64,000 nucleotides of DNA, from contig CAWDRG010000009.1 in NCBI GenBank assembly GCA_963804645.1, positions 224,001-288,000 of the forward strand, read 5' to 3'. The position numbers and the translations under genes were made by a program. The DNA is from an uncultured Bacillota bacterium. GTDB taxonomy: Bacteria > Sysuimicrobiota > Sysuimicrobiia > Sysuimicrobiales > Segetimicrobiaceae. How positions within the stretch are numbered: position 1 is the first letter of the stretch; every line of letters begins with the position of its first letter. Under the pieces are notes generated by a model. The model did no database searches. It was given only the letters and a program-made list of their open reading frames with translations, and had not been told where the DNA came from. Positions 9,148-18,151 of this stretch are shown in pieces.

Positions 9148-11142
9148 GTGACCACTGACGAGCACGCGTATCCGGTCGAGGTCGCGCGCGACGTCTTAAT
9201 CCCCATGCCGGACGGGGCGCATCTCGCCGCCACGCTCCATCGGCCGGCAGCCGATGGGCGCTGGCCCGCCATCATCACGCTGATGCCGTACCACAAGGAC
9301 GGTCGCGGGGGGCGGGGCTCCACCGAGGCGGTCCATCACCATTTCGCGCACCGCGGCTATGCGGCGCTGACGGTGGACCTGCGAGGCCTCGGAGGCTCCG
9401 AGGGGCTCAACGCGTATCCGTTCGACCCACAGGAACGCCGTGACGGGCACGCGGCGGTCGAGTGGGCCGCCGGACAGCCGTGGTGCACCGGGAACGTCGG
9501 CATGTGGGGCACCTCCTACGGCGGCATCACTGCGCTCAGCGTCGCCTCCACCCGGCCCCCGCACCTCCGTACGATTATCCCGGTGCATGCGTGCTCGGAT
9601 ATCTATGAGGACTTCCTCCGGCCGGGCGGCTGCCGCGGCGGATCATGGTCGGAGGGGGACTGGGGCGCCCGCATGATCGCCTATAATCTGACCCCGCCGC
9701 TGCGTCAGGATCCCGACGGCCGCTGGGCGCGCCAGTGGCTCGAGCGCCTGGAGCACGCGCGGCCCTGGATCCTCAGCTGGCACGAGCACCCGTCGCACGA
9801 CGATTTCTGGCGCACGAGGGCGATCCCGTACGATCAGATCGAGGTGCCAGTGTTCGCCGTCTGCGGCTGGCGCGATCTGTATCCCGACGCCACCGTGACG
9901 TACTATGAGGGGATCAACGCGCCGAAGCGCCTGCTCATGGGACCGTGGAAACACGTGTTCCCCGATCTCTCGCCGGAGGAGCCGGTCGGGTTCCTGCGCG
10001 AGATGGACCGCTGGTGGGATCGGTGGCTCAAGGGCGCGGTCAACGGGATCGGGGACGCGCCGCCGGTCACGTTGTACGTCCAGGGCGCGCGGCGCTGGCG
10101 CGAGACCTCGGCGTGGCCTCCGCCCGGCACGGCGCTGTACACCCTGTACTGCACTCCGGCGCGCACGCTCGAGACCCGACCGCCCGCCGGGGACGCCGAC
10201 CCTCTGGTGTGGCACCACGATCCGACCGTGGGCCTCGCCTCCATCCCGTGGGATCCGTGGGCGGCGCACGTCACCCGGCCGGCGGATCACTCGCCGGACG
10301 ACCACCGGTCGCTCACGTACGACACGAGCCCGCTGGCACGCCCGCTCGAGGTGATCGGCACCCCCACGGCCGCGCTCCATCTCGCCGCAGGGGGCACGGA
10401 CCCTCGCGTCGTGGTTAGGCTCTGCGACGTGGCGCCTGACGGGAGCTCCACGCTCGTGACGACCGGCTGGGCGAGCGGGATCCAGACACGGGATACCCTC
10501 CCCACCAAGATCAGCCTGCGCCCCACCGCGTACGTCTTTCAGGCCGGCCACCGCCTCCGGTTGAGCATCTCCGGGGCCGATTTTCCCCGGCTGTGGCCCG
10601 ATCCCCGCGCGCAGGATCTCGGCGTCTACAGTTCTTCACGATGCCCGTCGCGCGTGGACCTCCCAGTCGCGCCCCACGACCCCGGTGCGGCGCACGTCTT
10701 CGGGCCGCCCGCGTCGGACCTCCACGCCCCGGCGGTGATCGACGGCAGCGAGGAGTGGACGACCCAGCGGACCCTGCAGTCCGCGGTGGCGGCGCTGGAC
10801 GGGGTCAAGGACGAGGCGTTTCGGATCGACGAAGGGGCGCGTCTGCACATCCGCCATCGGTATCGCGCCGCCGTGGAGCAGGACCATCCGCAGACCGCCT
10901 GCGTGACGGCGTCGACCACGGTCCGCGTCGAGCGCCCGGTGGGTGCGGCCACGGTCTCCGTCGAGCTGATCGAGACCACCACCGCGCTGCGCATCGCCGT
11001 AGAGATCACGCTCGAGGGTCAGCCATATTTCGCCCGGCAGTGGGACGTGTCCATCGGTGCCTCCGCATCGGACGACCGCCCGGCCGATGCGGCGAGAGCG
11101 CGCGGCGACCATCCACGCGCGGACGTTCGGCGACCCCGTTAA
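9148..11142 (+). CDS. CocE/NonD-family serine hydrolase
   Basis: DLRGLGGSEG, nucleophile elbow GMWGTSYGG, GPWKH and a PepX_C-like C-terminal domain. GTG 9148 with SD GAGGAGG. Confidence 0.9.
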   Translation: MTTDEHAYPVEVARDVLIPMPDGAHLAATLHRPAADGRWPAIITLMPYHKDGRGGRGSTEAVHHHFAHRGYAALTVDLRGLGGSEGLNAYPFDPQERRDGHAAVEWAAGQPWCTGNVGMWGTSYGGITALSVASTRPPHLRTIIPVHACSDIYEDFLRPGGCRGGSWSEGDWGARMIAYNLTPPLRQDPDGRWARQWLERLEHARPWILSWHEHPSHDDFWRTRAIPYDQIEVPVFAVCGWRDLYPDATVTYYEGINAPKRLLMGPWKHVFPDLSPEEPVGFLREMDRWWDRWLKGAVNGIGDAPPVTLYVQGARRWRETSAWPPPGTALYTLYCTPARTLETRPPAGDADPLVWHHDPTVGLASIPWDPWAAHVTRPADHSPDDHRSLTYDTSPLARPLEVIGTPTAALHLAAGGTDPRVVVRLCDVAPDGSSTLVTTGWASGIQTRDTLPTKISLRPTAYVFQAGHRLRLSISGADFPRLWPDPRAQDLGVYSSSRCPSRVDLPVAPHDPGAAHVFGPPASDLHAPAVIDGSEEWTTQRTLQSAVAALDGVKDEAFRIDEGARLHIRHRYRAAVEQDHPQTACVTASTTVRVERPVGAATVSVELIETTTALRIAVEITLEGQPYFARQWDVSIGASASDDRPADAARARGDHPRADVRRPR

Positions 11143-11164
11143 GCCAATGCGAAGGTTGGGCAAA
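11138..11164. promoter_or_regulatory. Possible Pho-box array upstream of ppx-ppk1 (inverted relative to the other arrays)
   Basis: GTTAA (11138), GCGAA (11149) and GCAAA (11160) are 11 bp apart. No -10 hexamer at the 10-nt spacing seen in the other sites. Confidence 0.4.
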
Positions 11165-11227
11165 AACTCGGTCGGACGCCGTGGGCCGGTGGAGGAGCCT
11201 GGGCGAAAATGCCGCACTTCTATAAGT

Positions 11228-12268
11228 ATGGCATTCTCGATTCCGAGTTCGGCGAGCCCCCCCATACGGCGGCAGTCGGCCTATCGGGGAGACGACGCGA
11301 ATCAGCGCGCCGCGGTCATCGACATCGGCAGCAACACCATCCATCTCCTCGTCGCGGACTGCCGCCCCAACGCGATCTGGCCGATCCGCGATCTCCGCGT
11401 GCGCGCCAGGCTCGGGATCGCGGTGGCGGACACGGGCGTGCTCGGCACGATGCGGATTCGGGCGGCGGCGTCGGTGGTCCGCACGTTCGCCGCCGAAGCG
11501 CGCGCGTGGCGGGCCGGCGAGATTATGGTCCTGGGGACCCACGCGGTCCGCGCCGCCGCCGACCGCGGTGCGCTCGCCGACGCGGTTGAGACCGCGACCG
11601 GCCTCCGGGTGCACGTGCTGACGCCCGAGCAGGAGGCCACGCTGTGTCTGGCCGGCGCCTCGCTCGGGCCCCTGCCGGCGGCGCCGTTTCTGAGTGTCGA
11701 TATCGGCGGAGGCAGCTGCGACGTGGCCGCGGTCGGCGCGTCCGGCGTCCGGGGCATTACGTCGGTACCCGTCGGATCCGGGGTCCTGGCGGCTCGGGAT
11801 TTCGACGGCGATCCACCGTCCGCGGCCAAAGTGGACCGTGCCTCCGAGCGGCTCGCCGCCCTGTTCGAGGCGGCGCTGCCCGGCCACGCGGAGTTCCCCG
11901 AAGCGGTGGCGACGGGGGGCGCCGCGAGGCGCGTGGGGCGTCAGTTGACCGATCAGCAGGGCACGGCCGCAGGAGAGGCGTCCCAGTTGCTGAATGTGGT
12001 CGCACGGCTGCTGCACTCTCCTTCGACGCGCTGGCCGCACCCCGTGAAGCCCGCACGGGCCGCGACCGCGCGCGCGGGCGGCGCGATTTTGCGGACGATC
12101 ATGATCCGGTGGCGCATCCCGCAGTGGCGCATCAGCCCGTACGGACTGCGCGAAGGAGCGCTGGCGCTCCGGGCGCGCGGGCAGAGCCTGGACGCGGCGT
12201 CGGCGCCCCCCACGCGCGCGCGGCATCCCCACGTCCTGGAGGGATCGAGTGGGCATCATCGAGCCTGA
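11228..12268 (+). CDS. ppx: Ppx/GppA-family exopolyphosphatase (short form, start uncertain)
   Basis: AVIDIGSNT, EQEA, DIGGGS and GLREG motifs of the ASKHA fold. Overlaps the ppk1 start. Confidence 0.85.
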   Translation: MAFSIPSSASPPIRRQSAYRGDDANQRAAVIDIGSNTIHLLVADCRPNAIWPIRDLRVRARLGIAVADTGVLGTMRIRAAASVVRTFAAEARAWRAGEIMVLGTHAVRAAADRGALADAVETATGLRVHVLTPEQEATLCLAGASLGPLPAAPFLSVDIGGGSCDVAAVGASGVRGITSVPVGSGVLAARDFDGDPPSAAKVDRASERLAALFEAALPGHAEFPEAVATGGAARRVGRQLTDQQGTAAGEASQLLNVVARLLHSPSTRWPHPVKPARAATARAGGAILRTIMIRWRIPQWRISPYGLREGALALRARGQSLDAASAPPTRARHPHVLEGSSGHHRA

Positions 12269-14324
12269 GCACCAGGTAGCGACGACCGAGGCACACCGGT
12301 TCTTCAACCGGGAGTTGTCGCAGCTCCAATTCAACGAGCGCGTCCTCGATCAGGCGCGGCCGGGCGCGCACCCGCTGTTGGAGCGGCTCAAGTTCCTGGC
12401 GATCTCCGATTCGAATCTCGACGAATTCCTCTCGATCAACTTCTCGCTCCTGCTGGATCGCGTGGACGTGGGCGATACCACGCTGGCGGAGGACGGGTAC
12501 ACCGCGACCGAAGAGGCGCGCCGCGTCCGGGACGCGCTGCGGCGGTTCATGCACGAGCAGCGGCGGATCTTCCACCAAGAACTCACCCCCGAACTGGATG
12601 CCGCGGGCATTCACGCGCGTGCGTACCGCGCGCTCACGCCCACCCAGCAGGCCACGCTGCGGCAGTGGTTTCTCGATGAGGTGTTTCCGGTCTGCACGCC
12701 GCTCGCGGTGGATCCGGCGCATCCGTTTCCCTTTATCTCCAACTTCAGCCTCAACCTCGGCCTCATGCTGCGGGGTGACGACGGCGACGCATGGTTCGCG
12801 CGGATCAAGGTGCCGACCGTGCTCCCCCGCCTAGTGAAGGTGCCCGAGACCCCCGAGGGGCGGGACGCGTCGTTCGTCTGGCTGGAAGACATCATGGCCA
12901 ACAACCTGGACGCCTTCTATCCCGGCGTGGAGATCCGCGACGCCTTTCTCTTCCGGCTGATCCGCGACGCCGAGATGGACCTGACCGAGATCGAATCGGC
13001 GACCCTGCGCGAGACGGTGCAGGCCGGCATTCGCCGCCGCCGATTCGGCGAAGCGGTGTGCATCCAGCTCGAGCGCGAGATTCCCGACAGCGCGGCCCGA
13101 GAGCTGGCGGCGCGGCTGGACCTGTACCCCGAGGACCTGTACGTCGTCGGCCACCCCCTGGGGCTCACGGATCTCATGCAGCTGATGGAGCTGGACCGGC
13201 CCGATCTGAAGGACCCCGTGCTGGTCCCGCGGCTGCCGGCCGCGGTGACCGCCCCCGCCGATCTCTTTACCGCCATCCGCCGAGAGGACATCTTGCTCTA
13301 TCACCCGTACGAGTCGTTTGCGCCGGTGCTGGACTTCATCGCGCGGGCCTCCGTGGATCCCGACGTCCTGACCATCAAACAGACCCTGTATCGGGTCGGA
13401 CGCGCGTCGCCGCTGGTGCAGTCCCTGCTGCAGGCGGTGGACCACGGCAAGCAAGTCGCGGTGGTCCTCGAGCTGCAGGCGCGCGGGGATGAGGAGAACA
13501 ACATCGATTGGGCTCAGACGTTGGAACGGGCCGGCGCGCACGTCAGCTACGGGGTGATCGGCCTCAAGACCCACGCGAAGATCTCGCTCGTGGTCCGGCG
13601 CGAGGGGCGGCGGCTCCGCCGGTACGTGCACATCGGCACCGGCAACTACAGCGCGAACCCCTACGCGGATCTCAGCCTCTTCACGTGCCATCCGGGCATC
13701 GGCGCCGACGCGACGGCCCTCTTCAACGTGCTCACCGGCCGCGGCCGGAAGGACCGGTACGAACATCTCCTGGTGGCGCCCGCCTCGCTGCGGCGGGGCA
13801 TCCTGAGCCGGATCGGCCGGGAGATCGAGCGGCACCGCGTGCACCACGACGGGCACCTGATCCTCAAGACCAACGCCCTGGTGGATCCCGAGATGATCGA
13901 CGCCCTCTACGAAGCCTCGCGGGCGGGCGTGCGCGTGGACCTGCTCGTGCGGGGCATGTGCAGCCTCCGACCCGGCGTGCCGGGCCTGAGCGAGACGATC
14001 CGCGTCATCAGCCTCGTCGGCCGCTTCTTGGAGCACAGCCGCATCTACTACTTCCACAACGGCGGCGAAGAAGAAGTCTTGGTGGGGAGCGCCGACCTGA
14101 TGGAGCGCAATCTCGACCGGCGCGTGGAGATCCTGACGCCCGTCCTCCACCCAGGACTGAGACACGCGCTGAAGACCCGCATCCTGGATCTGCAGCTGCG
14201 CGACAACATCTCCGTCACCGAGTTGGACGCGGAGGGCGTGTACCGGCCGGTCCGGCGCGGCGACGCGCCCGTCGTCGACGCCCAGCTCGAGTGGGCCACC
14301 AAAGATCTCTCGCTGATGGGGTGA
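12249..14324 (+). CDS. ppk1: Polyphosphate kinase 1
   Basis: FFNRELS, DPAHPFPFIS, HPYESF, IKQTLYR, KTHAK (phospho-His), GTGNY, RFLEHSR and SADLMERNLDRRVE motifs. Confidence 0.97.
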   Translation: MGIIEPEHQVATTEAHRFFNRELSQLQFNERVLDQARPGAHPLLERLKFLAISDSNLDEFLSINFSLLLDRVDVGDTTLAEDGYTATEEARRVRDALRRFMHEQRRIFHQELTPELDAAGIHARAYRALTPTQQATLRQWFLDEVFPVCTPLAVDPAHPFPFISNFSLNLGLMLRGDDGDAWFARIKVPTVLPRLVKVPETPEGRDASFVWLEDIMANNLDAFYPGVEIRDAFLFRLIRDAEMDLTEIESATLRETVQAGIRRRRFGEAVCIQLEREIPDSAARELAARLDLYPEDLYVVGHPLGLTDLMQLMELDRPDLKDPVLVPRLPAAVTAPADLFTAIRREDILLYHPYESFAPVLDFIARASVDPDVLTIKQTLYRVGRASPLVQSLLQAVDHGKQVAVVLELQARGDEENNIDWAQTLERAGAHVSYGVIGLKTHAKISLVVRREGRRLRRYVHIGTGNYSANPYADLSLFTCHPGIGADATALFNVLTGRGRKDRYEHLLVAPASLRRGILSRIGREIERHRVHHDGHLILKTNALVDPEMIDALYEASRAGVRVDLLVRGMCSLRPGVPGLSETIRVISLVGRFLEHSRIYYFHNGGEEEVLVGSADLMERNLDRRVEILTPVLHPGLRHALKTRILDLQLRDNISVTELDAEGVYRPVRRGDAPVVDAQLEWATKDLSLMG

Positions 14325-14343
14325 TCCCGGCGGCGCCGGCCGC

Positions 14344-15426
14344 TCAGACGCGCGGCCAGAGGACCAGCGCGTTCGGCACCTGCCGTCCCGGGCCGATCAG
14401 GTAGCGTCCTCCGCACACCAGGCCGGTCGATCCGTTGTCGTCGAGGTTCATCGCGTCCGCCGCGCCGAGCACCTGCATGACCGACGCCGCCTGCGTGATC
14501 GTAGCGCCGCCGATCACGGCCAGCATCACATCGCCGGCGGCCGTCGTCCCCACCACCGATCGCGTGCCGCTCCACGACACGATCTTCGGATCGCGAAACC
14601 CCTCGGCGGCGGCGTGGACGCTGACCTGTCCGTCGCGGACCAGCGTGGGACCGGCGCCGAGGCTGAAGCGGGTGTTGAGCACGCGCCCGTCCTCGATGGC
14701 GGCGTACGCGATGCGCTGCCCCGGACGAAACTTCCACCCCAACACGGCGACCTCCCGGCCCTGCAGCGCGAGGACGAACCCATCGGAGGGAATCGCCACG
14801 TCCGCGTCTGCGACGACATCACTGACGATCCCCCGGCGCGCCACGATCGCGAGGTCGGCCCGAAACCCCAGCGTCGGCCCGCGTTCCGGCGTGAAGACGT
14901 ACGCGCTGCTGCCGCCGGGCGTCGGCGTCTGGTTGAGGTTGTAGGCGTACCAGTCGGACGGATACGCGTCGCTGCCGTCGAGCTCCCCCTGAATCTGCAG
15001 GTGGTCGGGTACGATCCGCACCGTTCCGTCGTCGAGCACGTCGAGGCGCGATCCCAGGCCGCCGAGATGCAGCAGCTTCTTGTCGATCACGAGCGTGCCG
15101 TAGGGTTCGTGCGTCTCCCCCGCATACGCGGCGAAGAACGTGCCGTTGATCGCGCACTGCGCGCCGGCCCCGCGGGCGATCTCCACGAGCGGCGCGTTGT
15201 CGCCGACGCGGCGGCCGGCGAGCGCGACCCCCAGCTGATAGCGGGACAGCGGGACGCGGACGAGCGTCACGGGAAACCGGTCTCCGCCCACCGCGACCAC
15301 GAGCCGCTCCGGCGCCGCGCCGGCGCTGCTCGACGCGATGAGACACGCGGCCAGCACGAACGCGACCAGCCCGCATCCGAGAGTCCACCGCACCCCGGCG
15401 GTGCGCCACCGCGGCTGTCTTCGCAT
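14344..15426 (-). CDS. Secreted phosphodiester glycosidase (NAGPA/DUF2233) family protein
   Basis: Signal peptide, AINGTFF, IPSDGFVL, GAGPTLVRDG and AMNLDDNGST (variant of NLDGGGS). Confidence 0.85.
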   Translation of the reverse strand: MRRQPRWRTAGVRWTLGCGLVAFVLAACLIASSSAGAAPERLVVAVGGDRFPVTLVRVPLSRYQLGVALAGRRVGDNAPLVEIARGAGAQCAINGTFFAAYAGETHEPYGTLVIDKKLLHLGGLGSRLDVLDDGTVRIVPDHLQIQGELDGSDAYPSDWYAYNLNQTPTPGGSSAYVFTPERGPTLGFRADLAIVARRGIVSDVVADADVAIPSDGFVLALQGREVAVLGWKFRPGQRIAYAAIEDGRVLNTRFSLGAGPTLVRDGQVSVHAAAEGFRDPKIVSWSGTRSVVGTTAAGDVMLAVIGGATITQAASVMQVLGAADAMNLDDNGSTGLVCGGRYLIGPGRQVPNALVLWPRV

Positions 15427-15716
15427 CTCTCCCCCTTCCGCGCGCGCGGGCACGCCGCGTGCGGGACCGGTGCCCGACACCCTCTAAGCGACGTCGCGCA
15501 ACCGGCAGTTCCCGGCGCCGCCGGGGCGAGACGAACCGGTCCGACCCGAGCCCCGTGTCGCGGGGGCGCGAGGCGGCATGAAGGACCCGCACCGTCCTCG
15601 CCGAAGGTCGCCTCTGAACACGCCCCATTCCGCCGCGGCGCGGTGCGACGCGGACCAGACGAGGCCTGACGACAACGCCGACACCGCAGCAGATCGCCGA
15701 GGCCGCCCGGGACGCG

Positions 15717-16139
15717 ATGTGGGCGGAGGACAAGGCCAGCCGTGCACTCGGCATGGCCGTCGTCGCCATCGGACCGGGCCGCGCCACGCTCCGGATGACG
15801 GTGCGGGCAGACATGTGCAACGGGCACCACGTCTGCCACGGGGGCATGATCTTCAGCCTCGCCGATTCAGCCTTCGCGTTCGCATGCAACTCCCACAACA
15901 AGATCACGGTCGCGGGCAACTGCGCGGTCACGTTCATCGCGCCGGCCCGCGAGGGCGACCTCCTGATCGCCGAAGCGGAGGAGCGACATCGGGGCGGGCG
16001 GTCCGGCGTCTGCGACGTGACGGTCTCCGACGCGCACGGCAAGCTCATCGCGATCTTCCGCGGCCACTCGATCCAGATCCAGGGAGAGTTGGTGCCGGGT
16101 CTCACCGCCGGCAGCTCCAACCCCGAACCGGGCCGCTAG
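15717..16139 (+). CDS. paaI: PaaI-type acyl-CoA thioesterase (start may be ~50 nt upstream)
   Basis: Hotdog-fold signature NGHHVCHGGMIFSLADSAFAFACNS and IAIFRG. Confidence 0.9.
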   Translation: MWAEDKASRALGMAVVAIGPGRATLRMTVRADMCNGHHVCHGGMIFSLADSAFAFACNSHNKITVAGNCAVTFIAPAREGDLLIAEAEERHRGGRSGVCDVTVSDAHGKLIAIFRGHSIQIQGELVPGLTAGSSNPEPGR

Positions 16140-16190
16140 GGCCCCGGCATATCCGCGCAGCGCATCCTGGAGAGGATGCACGAAGGACAG

Positions 16191-17261
16191 TCAAGAATCG
16201 CCGGCGTCCCGCGGCGGAGCGATGCGCTCGAGGATGAACGCCACGAGCCGGTCGACGTCGGTCCGTCCGCTCACCACGTACACCGAGATCGCCTCAGCGG
16301 CCTTGAGCAGCGCCGCCTGCCTGGCAGCCTGATCCGGCGCCGTGATGTCGTAGACGCCGACGGCCTTCACCACCTGCCCCAACGCCGCGGCGCTTTCGTC
16401 GGGCGACGCCGGCTGCACGCTCCACCCCCGGCCGCTCGGGCTCCATCGAAGCAGGAACAATACGCGCAGGGGGCCGCGCAGACGGACCGTGCCGGCTCCG
16501 TAGATCGCGTCGACGTCGACGTCGTGCTTCCGCTCGAGCGTCCAGAGCTGGTCCGCCGTGAGGGGCGAATAATTCCGCCGCTCGTCCGGAGTCAGCAGGG
16601 CCGTCAGACGGGGGATGTGCAGGAGCGTCCCGGGGTTGACGCGCGGACGCTTCGGCACCCCGACCATCTCCGTGCCGCCGGGGGCCGCCCGGATGAACAA
16701 CCGATCGTTGGTCACCAGGTGCTGGTGGCGGTCCACCAGCATGAGCGCCAGCGTGGACTTCCCGGACCCGGACGACGACGCGAAGGCGATCCCCCCGGTC
16801 TCACCGAGGATGGCGGAGGCGTGCAGCATCACAAAACCGCGCCGCACCATCGCCTTCGCGAATACCATCGCGACCGCGTTGACCGCCTGGTTGAAGTTCG
16901 CGTCCAGGTCGCCCACCACGTAGTGCTCGGGCTCCGCAACGTAGATCACGACGCCGGTCCGCCGCTTCAGGATCACGCGCGCATCGGCCGCATCGTAGAA
17001 CGCCTCCTTGATCCCGGCAGCGCTCGCGCGGCGGGGGATGTCGACGAGGCGCGCCGCATCGTACACCGGCGTGCCCATGAAGAGGGACACGCGGCCCGCC
17101 GGGTCCGGCGGCTCCGCGACGACGTAGGGGGCAAAGTAACTCCGCAGCCGGGTATCGAGGAGGGCCGCATTCGTCTGAACCCGAAGCGCGACGCCCGCGA
17201 TCTCGAGCCCGAACGTGGTCTCAGGTCGAGAGGCTTGGAGAACCGATTCCAGTTCGGTCAT
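16191..17261 (-). CDS. HprK-related kinase B (GAK system)
   Basis: LHASAI, P-loop SSSGSGKST, LVTNDR, GVPKRPRVNPGT and LWTLERKHDV motifs. Confidence 0.85.
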   Translation of the reverse strand: MTELESVLQASRPETTFGLEIAGVALRVQTNAALLDTRLRSYFAPYVVAEPPDPAGRVSLFMGTPVYDAARLVDIPRRASAAGIKEAFYDAADARVILKRRTGVVIYVAEPEHYVVGDLDANFNQAVNAVAMVFAKAMVRRGFVMLHASAILGETGGIAFASSSGSGKSTLALMLVDRHQHLVTNDRLFIRAAPGGTEMVGVPKRPRVNPGTLLHIPRLTALLTPDERRNYSPLTADQLWTLERKHDVDVDAIYGAGTVRLRGPLRVLFLLRWSPSGRGWSVQPASPDESAAALGQVVKAVGVYDITAPDQAARQAALLKAAEAISVYVVSGRTDVDRLVAFILERIAPPRDAGDS

Positions 17262-18151
17262 GAGGGGGCCGTCCCGTCACCACACCGACGACGTGCTCCG
17301 CGTAGAGGCGCGCGGCATCGATGCCTTGAGTGTGCCAGAGTCCGCCGAAGCCGCCAAACGCGCTCACCTCATAGGCCAGGTACCCGTCCGGCCCCTCGAC
17401 AAGGTCGACGCCGGTGAAGGTGAGCCCAAACACGTCCGCGGCCCGCAGGGCCAGCTGCTCGATCTCCGGCGTGACGCGGACACGTCTCATAGTGGCCGCC
17501 CGCCGCGGTCGTGGTCAGCCACGTATCCGGCCGCGCGACGCGGTAGTACGCGCCTAGCACGCGCCCCGCCAGCACCGCCACGCCGATGTCCCACCCGGCG
17601 TGCGGCACGTACTCCTGGACGTAAAACGGCATCTGCCACGCGCGCTGCCACTCGCGGAGCGCCGTCGGGAGCGACGCGTCGGCGGTCAGCACCACCATGC
17701 CTTTCCCCTTCGACGTGAACAGGGGCTTAAGAACCGCGCGGCCCCAGCGCCGCACCGCCCCCGCCGCATCCTCCGCGGTCTCGGCCACGACCGTGCGCGG
17801 GATCGGAATATTCCCCGCGCTCAGCCGCTGCGTCATGCGGTACCGGTCCTGGGCGTCGGCGATCGCCCGGGCGGGGCTGAACACGGACACGCCGCGGATC
17901 TCGAGCTGGCCGAGCAGATGCACCCGGCTCGGCGCCAGCGGATCTGTCGTCGATCCCAGCTTCTTAACGATCACCGCGTCGAGCTGCCCAAGATCGACGC
18001 CGCGGCACCACACGCCGCCGGACGGCAAGTCGATCACGCAGTCGGCGGCGGCGAACACGACGGTCTCGCATCCGCACGTCTCCAGCGCGCCGCGGAGTTG
18101 GTCCGTGGACCGTGCACCCGGGATCCCGCAGACCCCGACGCGCAGGGTCAC
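17221..18151 (-). CDS. GAK-system ATP-grasp (RimK-like) ligase with a single-base frameshift near 17480
   Basis: GTG 18151 is coupled to the upstream stop (GTGA). VLKPLFTSKGKGM, YVQEY and WLTTTAAGGHY are in one frame; FTGVDLVE and YEVSAFGGF continue in the adjacent frame. Confidence 0.85.

Noticed and set aside
17470..17495. Programmed ribosomal frameshift in the ATP-grasp gene
   Set aside because: No slippery heptamer at the site, and similar isolated indels occur in unrelated genes.
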